DNA of 64,000 nt from Pseudomonadota bacterium (lineage in GTDB: Bacteria; Vulcanimicrobiota; Vulcanimicrobiia; Eremiobacterales; Eremiobacteraceae), in assembly GCA_021325335.1 (NCBI GenBank), contig JAJPHJ010000053.1, forward strand, positions 2,541 through 66,540, in the 5' to 3' direction. The position numbers and the translations under genes were made by a program. The number at the start of each line of letters is the position of its first letter. Position 1 is the first letter of the stretch. The notes under the pieces are model-generated. The model saw only the letters and a program-made list of their open reading frames with translations. It was not told where the DNA came from and did no database searches. This document shows positions 11,032 to 19,663 of this stretch, in pieces.

Positions 11032-12480
11032 ATGGCTTGCAGCGCTAAACTGCGTCCTCAGGACACTCCCGTCGACCGCGCTCGATTCGTCCACGACCAT
11101 CTCGCGCCCAATCTTTTCCGGGGCGTCGCGGGTCCCGAAACCCAAGACGCGCAAAACGTCGCCTGGAGGATCTCTCCAGAACCCTTCGCCCTCGCACCAG
11201 CCACCGTCGCCAAGCTGCACACGATCGGCGCCGACCTGCTCAAACTCTATCGAGCGGTGAACCGCTTGTACTTCATGAGCGTGCGGGGCACGGCGCCCGA
11301 ATTCATCCATCGCTATCTCGACTTGGGCAAACCCGAGCACATCGTGCGCCTCGAGCGTCAAAACCGCTTCAAGAGCGAGGTCCCGGGCCTCATCCGCCCT
11401 GACATTATACTCACCGACGACGGGATGATCGCGTCCGAACTCGATTCGATCCCTGGCGGCATGGGTTTTGTCGGGGCGATGGGGGCGATGTACTGCGAGC
11501 TTGGCTTCGACCAAGTCGGTGAGTACGACGGCATCACCAAAGGCTTCGCGCGGATGGCGCAATCGCTCTCCGGCAAAGAGCAGCCCGTGGTCGCGATCGT
11601 GGTGTCGCACGAGTCGGAGGATTATCGCGGCGAGATGGCGTGGCTCGCGGAAAATCTCCGCGCGAGCGGCCTCGCGATTGCGGTCGCCGTGCTGCCAGAA
11701 CAAATCGTCTTCACCGAGGAAGCGCTCGTCATCGACACGCCCGAGGGACGACGCCGCGTCGACGTGCTGTACCGCAACTTCGAGCTCTTCGATTTGCTCA
11801 ACGTCCCCAAACAAGAGCTCATGCTTTACGCCGCGCGGCACAAGCGCGTCGCCATGACTCCTCCGCCCAAAGCCTTCCTCGAAGAGAAGTTGACCTTCGC
11901 GCTCTTGCACAACTCGGGTCTGCACGCGCTGTGGCGCGCCGAGCTCGGGGAGGACGCGTTCAGCCGTCTTCTCGCGCTCTTGCCGCAGACGTGGGTGCTC
12001 GATCCGAACCCGCTGCCCCCGCAGGCGGTCGTCGAAGGGCTGTCCGTCCACGGGTTGCCGGTGCGCAGCTGGAGCGAGCTCTTCGCGCTTTCGAAGTCCG
12101 AGCGGCAGTTCGTCGTGAAACCGTCGGGCTTCTCGCCGCTGGCGTGGGGCAGTCGCGGCGTGTATATCGCGAACGATCTGACGCACGACGAATGGATGGC
12201 GGTGATCGAGGGCGGTCTTGCAACCTTCGACAAGACGCCCCAAGTGTTACAGCGCTATCACAAGGCGCGGCGGGTGAACGTCGACTACCTCGACGTCGCG
12301 GCCAACGCGGTCCGGACGCTCGACGGTCGCGTGCGGCTGTGTCCGTACTACTTCGTTGCCGGTGACGACGCCATTTTGTCCGGCGTCCTTGCGACCGTGG
12401 TCCCCGCGGATAAACGGCTCATCCACGGCATGAGCGAGGCGGTCATGGCGCCCTGCACCCAGTCCGAGCGCGGCTACTAG
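11032..12480 (+). CDS. conserved hypothetical protein, possibly ATP-grasp-like (GspS / circularly-permuted ATP-grasp flavour); function unknown
   Basis: 482-aa ORF with normal composition, divergent from the ABC operon. Segments such as RPDIILTDDGMIASELDSIPGGMGF and QFVVKPSGFSPLAWGSRGVYI resemble ATP-grasp nucleotide-binding strands. The family assignment is from memory only. Confidence 0.45.
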   Translation: MACSAKLRPQDTPVDRARFVHDHLAPNLFRGVAGPETQDAQNVAWRISPEPFALAPATVAKLHTIGADLLKLYRAVNRLYFMSVRGTAPEFIHRYLDLGKPEHIVRLERQNRFKSEVPGLIRPDIILTDDGMIASELDSIPGGMGFVGAMGAMYCELGFDQVGEYDGITKGFARMAQSLSGKEQPVVAIVVSHESEDYRGEMAWLAENLRASGLAIAVAVLPEQIVFTEEALVIDTPEGRRRVDVLYRNFELFDLLNVPKQELMLYAARHKRVAMTPPPKAFLEEKLTFALLHNSGLHALWRAELGEDAFSRLLALLPQTWVLDPNPLPPQAVVEGLSVHGLPVRSWSELFALSKSERQFVVKPSGFSPLAWGSRGVYIANDLTHDEWMAVIEGGLATFDKTPQVLQRYHKARRVNVDYLDVAANAVRTLDGRVRLCPYYFVAGDDAILSGVLATVVPADKRLIHGMSEAVMAPCTQSERGY

Positions 12481-12483
12481 TCT

Positions 12484-13197
12484 TTAGGTCAGGATGTTGA
12501 CCGCGCGGGCCGCGACGATCGCGACCGTGAGCAACGACGTGCCGGCTTGGACCAGGAAGAGCATCTTGGCCCACGCGGTCAGCGGCATCGTGTCGGTGGG
12601 ACTGAACGCGGTCGCATTGGTGAACGACACGAAGAAATAATCCATGAACTTGGGAGCCCAATTCGGCGGCGCGCTGCCCGGCGTGATCATCTGTGGGAAG
12701 AGGAAGTCAGGAGCGCTGTGCTCGGCGGTCATGCGCGCTTCTGGGCCGCCGCGATCGAGCTCCCAATACCAGAGCGCGAACACGATGATGTTCGTCAGCC
12801 AGATCTGCACTGCGCCGAGCAGGAGATGGCTGCCGAGCGCGCGCGACGTGCCGCTCAAGAGCTCGTGGATGAGCAACCCGAGCGACGCGATGTTGGCGAG
12901 GTTGATAATGCCGAGCAATCCGAGCGCGATCACGCGGCGCCACGGAAAGGCTTCCTGCTCACCCCGCGGCGCCGTGAAGACGAGCGGCAGAAGCAGCGCG
13001 AGCTCGAGCACCGGGATCAACCAGGCCGGTCCGAACACGAGTTTGCCTGGTAGCGTCAGGTAGAGCAGAATCGCGGCGAGCACTGCGAGCTGCGCCGGCC
13101 AATGAGCCTCCCTGCGGGTGGGCTTGCCCCACGCGGCACCGTGCCGGTCGCGCTCCTCTTTCTTGGTCGGACTTTGCGGGGGGATCTCTTGCTCCAT
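12484..13197 (-). CDS. integral membrane protein (DUF1345-like)
   Basis: 237-aa ORF with 4-5 TM segments. The C-terminal FMDYFFVSFTNATAFSPTDTMPLTAWAKMLFLVQAGTSLL resembles the DUF1345 signature. Confidence 0.6.
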   Translation of the reverse strand: MEQEIPPQSPTKKEERDRHGAAWGKPTRREAHWPAQLAVLAAILLYLTLPGKLVFGPAWLIPVLELALLLPLVFTAPRGEQEAFPWRRVIALGLLGIINLANIASLGLLIHELLSGTSRALGSHLLLGAVQIWLTNIIVFALWYWELDRGGPEARMTAEHSAPDFLFPQMITPGSAPPNWAPKFMDYFFVSFTNATAFSPTDTMPLTAWAKMLFLVQAGTSLLTVAIVAARAVNILT

Positions 13198-14345
13198 CAG
13201 CGCGCCAACAGGCCGATCACGGCGTCCATCTCCTTGAGCGTGTTATATCCGTGCGGCGAGACGCGGACGCCGCTGTCGCGCACGGTGACACCGACGTGCG
13301 AGCGCTGCGCGCGCTCGGCCAACGCTTCCACCTCGTGTCCATTGAGGTCCAACAGCACGATGCCGGACCTGCACCCGGATTTTTCATCGCTCCGCACGGT
13401 GACGCCGTGGCGGCGTGCGCTTTCGATGAGGCGGCCGCTCAGGCGCATCACGTGTCCCTCAAGCGCTTGGAAGGACGCGGAGCACAGCAGGCGCAGGCTT
13501 TCGCGGAAACCGATCAGCCCGGGATAGTTGACCGTCGCTCCGTCGAATCGGCGCGCGCCTTTGACGAGGGGCTGGGCGTAATCGAGGAAATCCATCGGGT
13601 GATCCACCGAACGCCAGGAGCACAGCGCAGGCCGCAGCCGATCGACGAGTTCGTCTCGCACGTAGACAACCGAGAGGCCTTGGGGCGACAAGAGCCACTT
13701 GGCCGTGCCGAAATAACAAAAATCGATCTGCCATTCGCGCACGTCGAGCGGCAGATAACCAAAGCCTTGCATGGCGTCGACCGCGAAGAGCACGTGATGT
13801 CGCCTGCACCATGCGCCGAGCGCGGCGAGATCGTGGCGATAGCCGTCCAAAAAACTGACGTAGGAGACTGCGACGAGTCTCGTTCGCGGCGTGCGCATGC
13901 GCTCGAGCACTTCTGCGGTCATCCGCTCGGGCGCGCGAATGAATCGCACGGTGACGCCTCGGTCGCGCAGGTTGAGCCAGGGATACGCATTGGCGCCGAA
14001 CTCATTGTCGCAGAGGATGATCTCGTCGCCCTCGCGCCAATCGAGCCCGTTCGCCACGACGATCGCCCCGTCGGAGCTCGAGCGCATGAAGGCGATCTCA
14101 TCCGCCCGCGCGCCGATGGCAGCGGCGGTTTCTGCGCGCACCGCTTCGAGGTGTGCTTCCACGTCCAAGATCCCGGCGCAGCCGTCGCGCATCTGGGCAT
14201 CGAGCACGGCCGCCACGGCGTCGCGGGTCACGCGCGGCAATGGCCCGACGGACGCATGGTTGCAATAGACCCAGCGCTCGGTGATGGGAAAGGCCGCGCG
14301 GTCAAGCGGCGTTGCGTCTGGCACGAAGCGCGCCGCGATGCTCAT
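13197..14345 (-). CDS. class V aminotransferase / cysteine desulfurase-like PLP enzyme
   Basis: 382-aa ORF with YCNHASVGPLP near the N-terminus and a DAMQGFG...FGTAKWLLSPQG segment with a candidate PLP lysine. The layout is typical of the IscS/SufS/CsdB-like fold-type I family. Confidence 0.75.
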   Translation of the reverse strand: MSIAARFVPDATPLDRAAFPITERWVYCNHASVGPLPRVTRDAVAAVLDAQMRDGCAGILDVEAHLEAVRAETAAAIGARADEIAFMRSSSDGAIVVANGLDWREGDEIILCDNEFGANAYPWLNLRDRGVTVRFIRAPERMTAEVLERMRTPRTRLVAVSYVSFLDGYRHDLAALGAWCRRHHVLFAVDAMQGFGYLPLDVREWQIDFCYFGTAKWLLSPQGLSVVYVRDELVDRLRPALCSWRSVDHPMDFLDYAQPLVKGARRFDGATVNYPGLIGFRESLRLLCSASFQALEGHVMRLSGRLIESARRHGVTVRSDEKSGCRSGIVLLDLNGHEVEALAERAQRSHVGVTVRDSGVRVSPHGYNTLKEMDAVIGLLAR

Positions 14346-14400
14346 GAGAGAGGATGCCTTGGCGCAAAGGCGCGGAGGACCTCTTCAAGAGCGCGGACGC

Positions 14401-14916
14401 TTAGGGAGTGACGAAGTCCTCGGCGATGTAAATGCCGTTGGGGCCGATCGCGACGCCGATGCCGATCGCCTTGTAATCCGGCGACAAGATGTTCTCGCGG
14501 TGACCGTCGGACGGCGGCCGTTCCGACATCATCATCGAATCGAGTTTTTGAACCGCCTGCCACACGGCATCGGTCTCCGAAAAGGAGTCGCCGTAGTAGG
14601 CGACGTTTTCGCCGTAGAGCGACGCGTGGCCGCCCAGATCGTCGTAGCGCTTCATCGGCGAACGGCCGTCTGAATCATCATGGCGCATGACGCCGCTCGA
14701 TTCCATGTACTGAGCTTGGTATTGCGCGGCTCGTTCGGCCAACGGGTCAAGCACCAGCGCGCTCAAACCGGAAGCTCGGCGATGCGCGTTGATCTCGTTC
14801 ACCAGGCGTGCCCGGACACCGGAGACCGCATCGTCAGGCTGTCGCTGCGGAACCGGCGCGAGGAAAGGCAACGTCACCGCTGCGACGATGGAGCAAAGAC
14901 CGATGACGGGATTCAC
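14401..14916 (-). CDS. secreted CAP/SCP/PR1-like domain protein
   Basis: 171-aa ORF with an N-terminal signal-like segment (MNPVIGLCSIVAAVTLPFLAP). A CAP-like core follows: NAHRRASGLSALVLDPLAERAAQYQAQYM...GENVAYY. Confidence 0.7.
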   Translation of the reverse strand: MNPVIGLCSIVAAVTLPFLAPVPQRQPDDAVSGVRARLVNEINAHRRASGLSALVLDPLAERAAQYQAQYMESSGVMRHDDSDGRSPMKRYDDLGGHASLYGENVAYYGDSFSETDAVWQAVQKLDSMMMSERPPSDGHRENILSPDYKAIGIGVAIGPNGIYIAEDFVTP

Positions 14917-15039
14917 GCTGCACGACCTCTCGCTGGCCGGAACCGGATTGGGTTCCTACCTTTGACTATCGAGCGTGCTTCGCGATCGGGTTAGAGAGGC
15001 CGCGGTGATGAGCCGCACAGTTGCGGCTCGTCATATGAG

Positions 15040-16701
15040 TCATGGCAGAGACCACAGCGACGCATTCCATTGCGGGATGATGCCGCTGGAGGGCGAGTAT
15101 CGTTGGAGGGCGTCGCTCACGACCCCGACGCGGTCGCGGAAATACAGCGGAAGCATGGGCAGGTCTGCCATGCGCTCGCGTTCGATTTGGGCGTAGAGCG
15201 CTTTGCGGCGGGCGCGATCGGGGATGGTGAGCGCTGCTTCTTCGAGCCGGTCGGTGGCAGGATTGCAAAAGCGCGCGTCGTTGCCGCCGTTGGGCGGGAA
15301 CCAGCGGCAGCCGAAATCATCGAGCGACGACGGGTCGTAGTTCACGCTGTAGCTGTAGAACACGAGGTTGTAGTTGCCGGTGCGGATCGGGCCGTCGTTG
15401 TCGAAGATAAGCCCGTACGGATAATCCTTGATGGTGACGGCGATGCCGACCGCGCGGAGATACTGCTGCACCATCGCATCCAGTTTGGCGCCCGCCTGAT
15501 CGCCGCCCACGCCCACGAGCACGATGCTCAAAGGCTGGCCGTCATGCATGCGCAGCCCGTTCGAATTTCGGACGTAGCCGCCGGCATCGAGCTCTGCGTC
15601 GGCGCGGGCAGCGTTATACGGATAGAGCGGCATGCCGGAGGCATACGCCCAGGACCAGTTTGGAACGAACTCATCGGCGATCGTGCCGGCTCCATGAACG
15701 ACGTCTCGCATGATCGCCGCACGGTCGAGCGCGTACGCGAGCGCGTGGCGCACGTGGACGTCGTTGAAGGGGGGCTTCTGGCAGTTCATGACGCCCACGC
15801 TCAAGCGTAAGCTGCGCGATTCGACGACGTGCATGCCGGTCAGCCTGCGGTACTCGGGCAGCATTCCGGGCCCGGCGTCGAAGTCGGCATCGATCTCGTG
15901 TGTCTGAAAGCCGATCAGCTCCGTCGCCGACGAGGGCTGCGCCTGAAAAACGATCTCGTGCAGTTGCGGTTTGCCGCGCCAGTAGTGTGGATTCGCCACG
16001 AAGATCATGCGGCCGTTGCGTTCCCACGACTTGAGGATGAACGGACCGGTCCCGATGGGCGCCGCGTTGTAGGGCGAGCGGTTCATGTCAGGCAGGCGAG
16101 CGATGAGATGCGCGGGCATGACCGCGATCGGTCCTTCCTGGATGCCTGCGAAGAACCTGGTCGGCAACGAGGCATAGGGATGGTGCAAGTGCACGAGCGC
16201 AGTATAGGCGTCCGGCGCGTCGATGCTCGCGATCGCGTCGTAGCCTTCGCGGATGATCACATTGTTGCGCGGATTCATCACCTGCCGCCACGACGCGATC
16301 ACGTCTTGGGCGCCGAAGGGCGCGCCGTCGGACCACGTCACCCCGTGGCGCAGGTGGTAGACCACCGTCAAACCATCTTTGCTGACATCGCCGTTCTCGG
16401 CGCTCGGCACGCGCGCCGCGAGCACGGGCAACAGCTGTCCGCGGTCGTCCAGCTGGACGAGATATTCGAGCGTGTACGAGGAGAGCTGGTATGCGACGTC
16501 GGCGCCGCTGAACATGGGGTTGAGCGTGGAGGGATCTGAGATGTCCGAGAGGCGCAGGACGCCTGGCGTGCTCGCATGCTCGTAACGCCCGACCGAGGTC
16601 GTCACCCGCGAGCAGCCCGCGCATACGATCGCGAGCGTTGCCAGCGCGCAGACGATGCGAGCGGCGGCGAAAGGAGTTGAGGCGGCACGCACGATGGTCA
16701 C
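15040..16701 (-). CDS. ABC transporter substrate-binding lipoprotein, family 5 (peptide/nickel, DppA/OppA-like)
   Basis: Only the C-terminal 553 codons of track ORF 15040..17784 are real. The proposed GTG start at 16701 gives VTIVRAASTPFAAARIVCALATLAIVCAGCS (lipobox) and then an SBP_bac_5-like body (LVQLDDRGQLLPVLA...TWSDGAPF...). No permease or ATPase genes are adjacent. Confidence 0.8.
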   Translation of the reverse strand: MTIVRAASTPFAAARIVCALATLAIVCAGCSRVTTSVGRYEHASTPGVLRLSDISDPSTLNPMFSGADVAYQLSSYTLEYLVQLDDRGQLLPVLAARVPSAENGDVSKDGLTVVYHLRHGVTWSDGAPFGAQDVIASWRQVMNPRNNVIIREGYDAIASIDAPDAYTALVHLHHPYASLPTRFFAGIQEGPIAVMPAHLIARLPDMNRSPYNAAPIGTGPFILKSWERNGRMIFVANPHYWRGKPQLHEIVFQAQPSSATELIGFQTHEIDADFDAGPGMLPEYRRLTGMHVVESRSLRLSVGVMNCQKPPFNDVHVRHALAYALDRAAIMRDVVHGAGTIADEFVPNWSWAYASGMPLYPYNAARADAELDAGGYVRNSNGLRMHDGQPLSIVLVGVGGDQAGAKLDAMVQQYLRAVGIAVTIKDYPYGLIFDNDGPIRTGNYNLVFYSYSVNYDPSSLDDFGCRWFPPNGGNDARFCNPATDRLEEAALTIPDRARRKALYAQIERERMADLPMLPLYFRDRVGVVSDALQRYSPSSGIIPQWNASLWSLP

Positions 16702-16755
16702 GCGTTCGGCGAGGGAGTGACTGCCACCCGCGGCTAACTGTCTGCGCCGCCGGAG

Positions 16756-17958
16756 GTGTGCTTGATAGATTTCTCGCTCGGGCCCGAGCAACGCGATCTG
16801 GTCGCGAGCGTGCGCGCCTACCTCGCCGCGCAGATCCAGCCCGATGTGGCGCGCTGCGAAAGCGAGTCCGTGCCGCTGCCCGATGCGTTCGCAAAACTCG
16901 CGGCGCTCGGCGTCGTCGGTCTTCCCTTCCCGGAGCGATATGGCGGCGGGGGACTCGACTACGTCACGCTCGGCCTGGTGTGCGAAGAGCTCGAGTACTG
17001 CGACACGTCGCTGCGCACGATGATGTCGGTCCATATCGGGCTTGCCGGATGCGGCATCTACCAGTGGGGCACCGAAGCGCAAAAGGAACGGTTCCTGCGC
17101 CCGCTCGCGAGCGGCGAACGGCTCGGCGCGTTCGGGCTCACAGAACCGGACGCGGGCTCGGACGTCGGTGCCATCCGGAGCACAGCACGGCGCGACGGCG
17201 ACTTCTACGTCCTCGACGGCTCGAAGCTTTGGATTTCGTGCGCGACGCAAGCCGGGCTGTTCTTGGTCTTCGCGAAGACCGACCCGAGCGCCGGCAAGCG
17301 TGGACTGAGCGCCTTCATCGTCGATCGACAGGATTCGGGCGAGCATTTGCACAGCTTCGCGATCAAACACAAGTATGGGGTCCGTGCGGGCGACACGGGC
17401 GGCCTTGCCTTCTCCGAGCTGCGGGTGCCTGCCGCGCAACGGCTGGGGCACGAGGGCGAGGGCTTCCACATCGCCATGTCCTGCCTGGATAATGGAAGAT
17501 TCACGGTCGCCGCCGGCGCTACGGGGCTGATCCGGGCCTGCCTCGACGCCTCCGTGAAATACGCGAACGAGCGGACGACCTTCGGCACGCCCATCGGACG
17601 CCACCAGCTCATCTTGGAGATGATCGCGAACATGACCGCGAGCTACGACGCCTCGCGGTTGCTGTATCTGCGTGCAGGCTGGATGAAGAACGCCGCTCTT
17701 CGCAACAGCCGGGAGACCGCGCTCGCCAAGTGGTTCGCGTGCGACGCTGCCAACAAGGCGGCGGATGACGCCCTCGAGATCCACGGGGCCTATGGATTTT
17801 CCGACGAATATCCGGTGGCTCGGTTCCTACGCAATGCGCGCGGCGCCGTCATCTATGAAGGGTCCAGAGAGATCCAAAAGCTCGTGCACGGGGAGTACGC
17901 GCTCGGCTATCGCAAGGATCGGCCGCTACGCTGCGAGCTGCCCCCCTTCACGTCGTAA
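16756..17958 (+). CDS. acyl-CoA dehydrogenase (short-chain/butyryl- or glutaryl-CoA dehydrogenase-like)
   Basis: 400-aa ORF with GAFGLTEPDAGSD, the ACAD middle domain, and C-terminal IYEGSREIQ. The start may be TTG 16762 (MIDFSLGPEQ) behind GGAGG at 16752..16756. Confidence 0.9.
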   Translation: MCLIDFSLGPEQRDLVASVRAYLAAQIQPDVARCESESVPLPDAFAKLAALGVVGLPFPERYGGGGLDYVTLGLVCEELEYCDTSLRTMMSVHIGLAGCGIYQWGTEAQKERFLRPLASGERLGAFGLTEPDAGSDVGAIRSTARRDGDFYVLDGSKLWISCATQAGLFLVFAKTDPSAGKRGLSAFIVDRQDSGEHLHSFAIKHKYGVRAGDTGGLAFSELRVPAAQRLGHEGEGFHIAMSCLDNGRFTVAAGATGLIRACLDASVKYANERTTFGTPIGRHQLILEMIANMTASYDASRLLYLRAGWMKNAALRNSRETALAKWFACDAANKAADDALEIHGAYGFSDEYPVARFLRNARGAVIYEGSREIQKLVHGEYALGYRKDRPLRCELPPFTS

Positions 17959-18004
17959 TGTAGCTGGCGACTGGAAAATCGCCCAGATAGAAAGGTAGCA
18001 GGAG

Positions 18005-18865
18005 ATGCCAGAAGTGCAAAAGATCGGCGTCTGCGGCAACGGGCTGATGGGCTCGGGCATCGCGCAAGTCGCGGCGACATCGGGCTACGACGTCGTCGTC
18101 CTCGAGGCCGATCAAGCGGCGCTCGACCGCGGGATGAAGCGCATCCGCCAGTCGCTGGACAAGTTCGTGGAAAAAGGCGCTCTTCAGGCGGCGCAACGAG
18201 ACGAAGCGCTTGCCAAGCTCAGGCCCACGACCCAGCTCGAGGATCTTAAGGCGAGCGATCTCGTCATAGAGGCGATCGTCGAGAACATGCCGGCGAAGAA
18301 AGATCTGTTCCAACGGCTCGATGCGCTACTGGCCCCCCATGCGATCATCTGCTCGAACACTTCGAGCCTGTGCGTGATCGAGATGGCTGCCGTGACCAAG
18401 CGGCCCAAACAGATCGCGGGCTTGCACTTCTTCAATCCCGTGCCCATCATGAAGCTCGTCGAGGTGGTGAAGACGATCGTGACGAGCCAGGCGACGATCG
18501 ACACGCTTTTCGCCGTCGCGGCCAAACTCGGCAAGAAACCCATCCTTGCGCAAGACACGCCGGGTTTCATCGTCAACCGGTTGCTCGTGCCGTATCTGCT
18601 CTACGCCATTCGCATGTACGAGTCGGGACTCGCCTCCAAAGAAGACATCGATGAAGGGATGAAGCTCGGCTGCGGCCACCCCATGGGGCCGCTCACCTTG
18701 CTGGACTTCGTCGGGCTCGACACGACGTATTTCATCGCCGAGATCATGTTCGACGAGTTCAAAGACCCGCTCATGGCACCCCCACCGCTCCTCAAGCGCA
18801 TGGTGCTGGCGGGCCAGCACGGGCGCAAGAGCGGCAAAGGCTTTTACGACTATGAGAAAGCGTGA
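18005..18865 (+). CDS. hbd: 3-hydroxybutyryl-CoA (3-hydroxyacyl-CoA) dehydrogenase
   Basis: 286-aa ORF with the N-terminal Rossmann motif IGVCGNGLMGSGIAQV and the FFNPVPIMKLVEV / GFIVNRLL motifs of the Hbd/FadB C-terminal family. Confidence 0.9.
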   Translation: MPEVQKIGVCGNGLMGSGIAQVAATSGYDVVVLEADQAALDRGMKRIRQSLDKFVEKGALQAAQRDEALAKLRPTTQLEDLKASDLVIEAIVENMPAKKDLFQRLDALLAPHAIICSNTSSLCVIEMAAVTKRPKQIAGLHFFNPVPIMKLVEVVKTIVTSQATIDTLFAVAAKLGKKPILAQDTPGFIVNRLLVPYLLYAIRMYESGLASKEDIDEGMKLGCGHPMGPLTLLDFVGLDTTYFIAEIMFDEFKDPLMAPPPLLKRMVLAGQHGRKSGKGFYDYEKA

Positions 18866-18877
18866 GAGGAGCTGACC

Positions 18878-19663
18878 ATGCCGTTTGAGACTCTGCTCGT
18901 CGAACGCGATGGCCCAGTCGCCATCGTCACGATCAACCGGCCCAAAGCGCTTAACGCGCTGAACGCCAAGGTCTTCGAAGAACTGCTTGCGGTCTTCGAC
19001 GAGCTCGAAGCAGATCGGTCGGTGCGCTGCGTCATCATCACGGGCTCTGGAGAAAAGGCGTTCGTTGCCGGCGCGGACATCGGCGAACTGGCCGCGCTGC
19101 CCGATCGCGAGAGCGCGACCGAAAAGGCGCGGGCCGGCCACCGCATCACCGAGCGCTTCGAGCACTCGCGACTGCCGATCGTCATCGCGATCAACGGATT
19201 CGCGCTCGGCGGAGGCTTGGAGCTCGCCATGGCGGGCGACATTCGCATCGCCTCTTCAACCGCCAAGCTCGGACAACCCGAGGTGACGCTTGGGATCATC
19301 GGCGGGTTCGGCGGCACGCAGCGCTTGCCGCGCCTCGTGGGTCAGGGAATGGCCGCCTATCTGCTTCTCACCGGCGAGATGATCTCAGCCGACGAGGGAA
19401 AGGCGGCGAATCTCATCGAGCGCGTGGTGCCTCCAGGCGAGCTCATGACGGAAGCGAAGCGCGTCGCGACCCTCATCGCGAGCAAGGCGCCGCTTGCGGT
19501 CGAATCCACCAAGCGCGTCATCCATAAGGGCCTGCAGACGGACCTCCACGACGCGCTGGAGATCGAAGCGCAGGCGTTCGGACGCGTCGCGGTGAGCGCC
19601 GATGCCCGCGAAGGCACGAAGGCCTTTTTGGAAAAGCGCCCGCCCAACTTCAAAGGGACGTAA
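18878..19663 (+). CDS. enoyl-CoA hydratase (crotonase family)
   Basis: 261-aa ORF with ITGSGEKAFVAGADIGE and NGFALGGGLELAMAGD crotonase signatures. Confidence 0.9.
   Translation: MPFETLLVERDGPVAIVTINRPKALNALNAKVFEELLAVFDELEADRSVRCVIITGSGEKAFVAGADIGELAALPDRESATEKARAGHRITERFEHSRLPIVIAINGFALGGGLELAMAGDIRIASSTAKLGQPEVTLGIIGGFGGTQRLPRLVGQGMAAYLLLTGEMISADEGKAANLIERVVPPGELMTEAKRVATLIASKAPLAVESTKRVIHKGLQTDLHDALEIEAQAFGRVAVSADAREGTKAFLEKRPPNFKGT

Noticed and set aside
10762-12243. 493-aa - strand ORF
   Set aside because: It is antisense to the 482-aa + strand gene and overlaps the ABC ATPase start. Composition is dominated by R/E/D/H/L. The + strand product has far more protein-like composition.
16702-17784. 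N-terminal 361 codons of the 914-aa - strand ORF 15040..17784
   Set aside because: This part is antisense to the well-supported acyl-CoA dehydrogenase. The real gene is the C-terminal substrate-binding lipoprotein, which starts near 16701 with a signal peptide.
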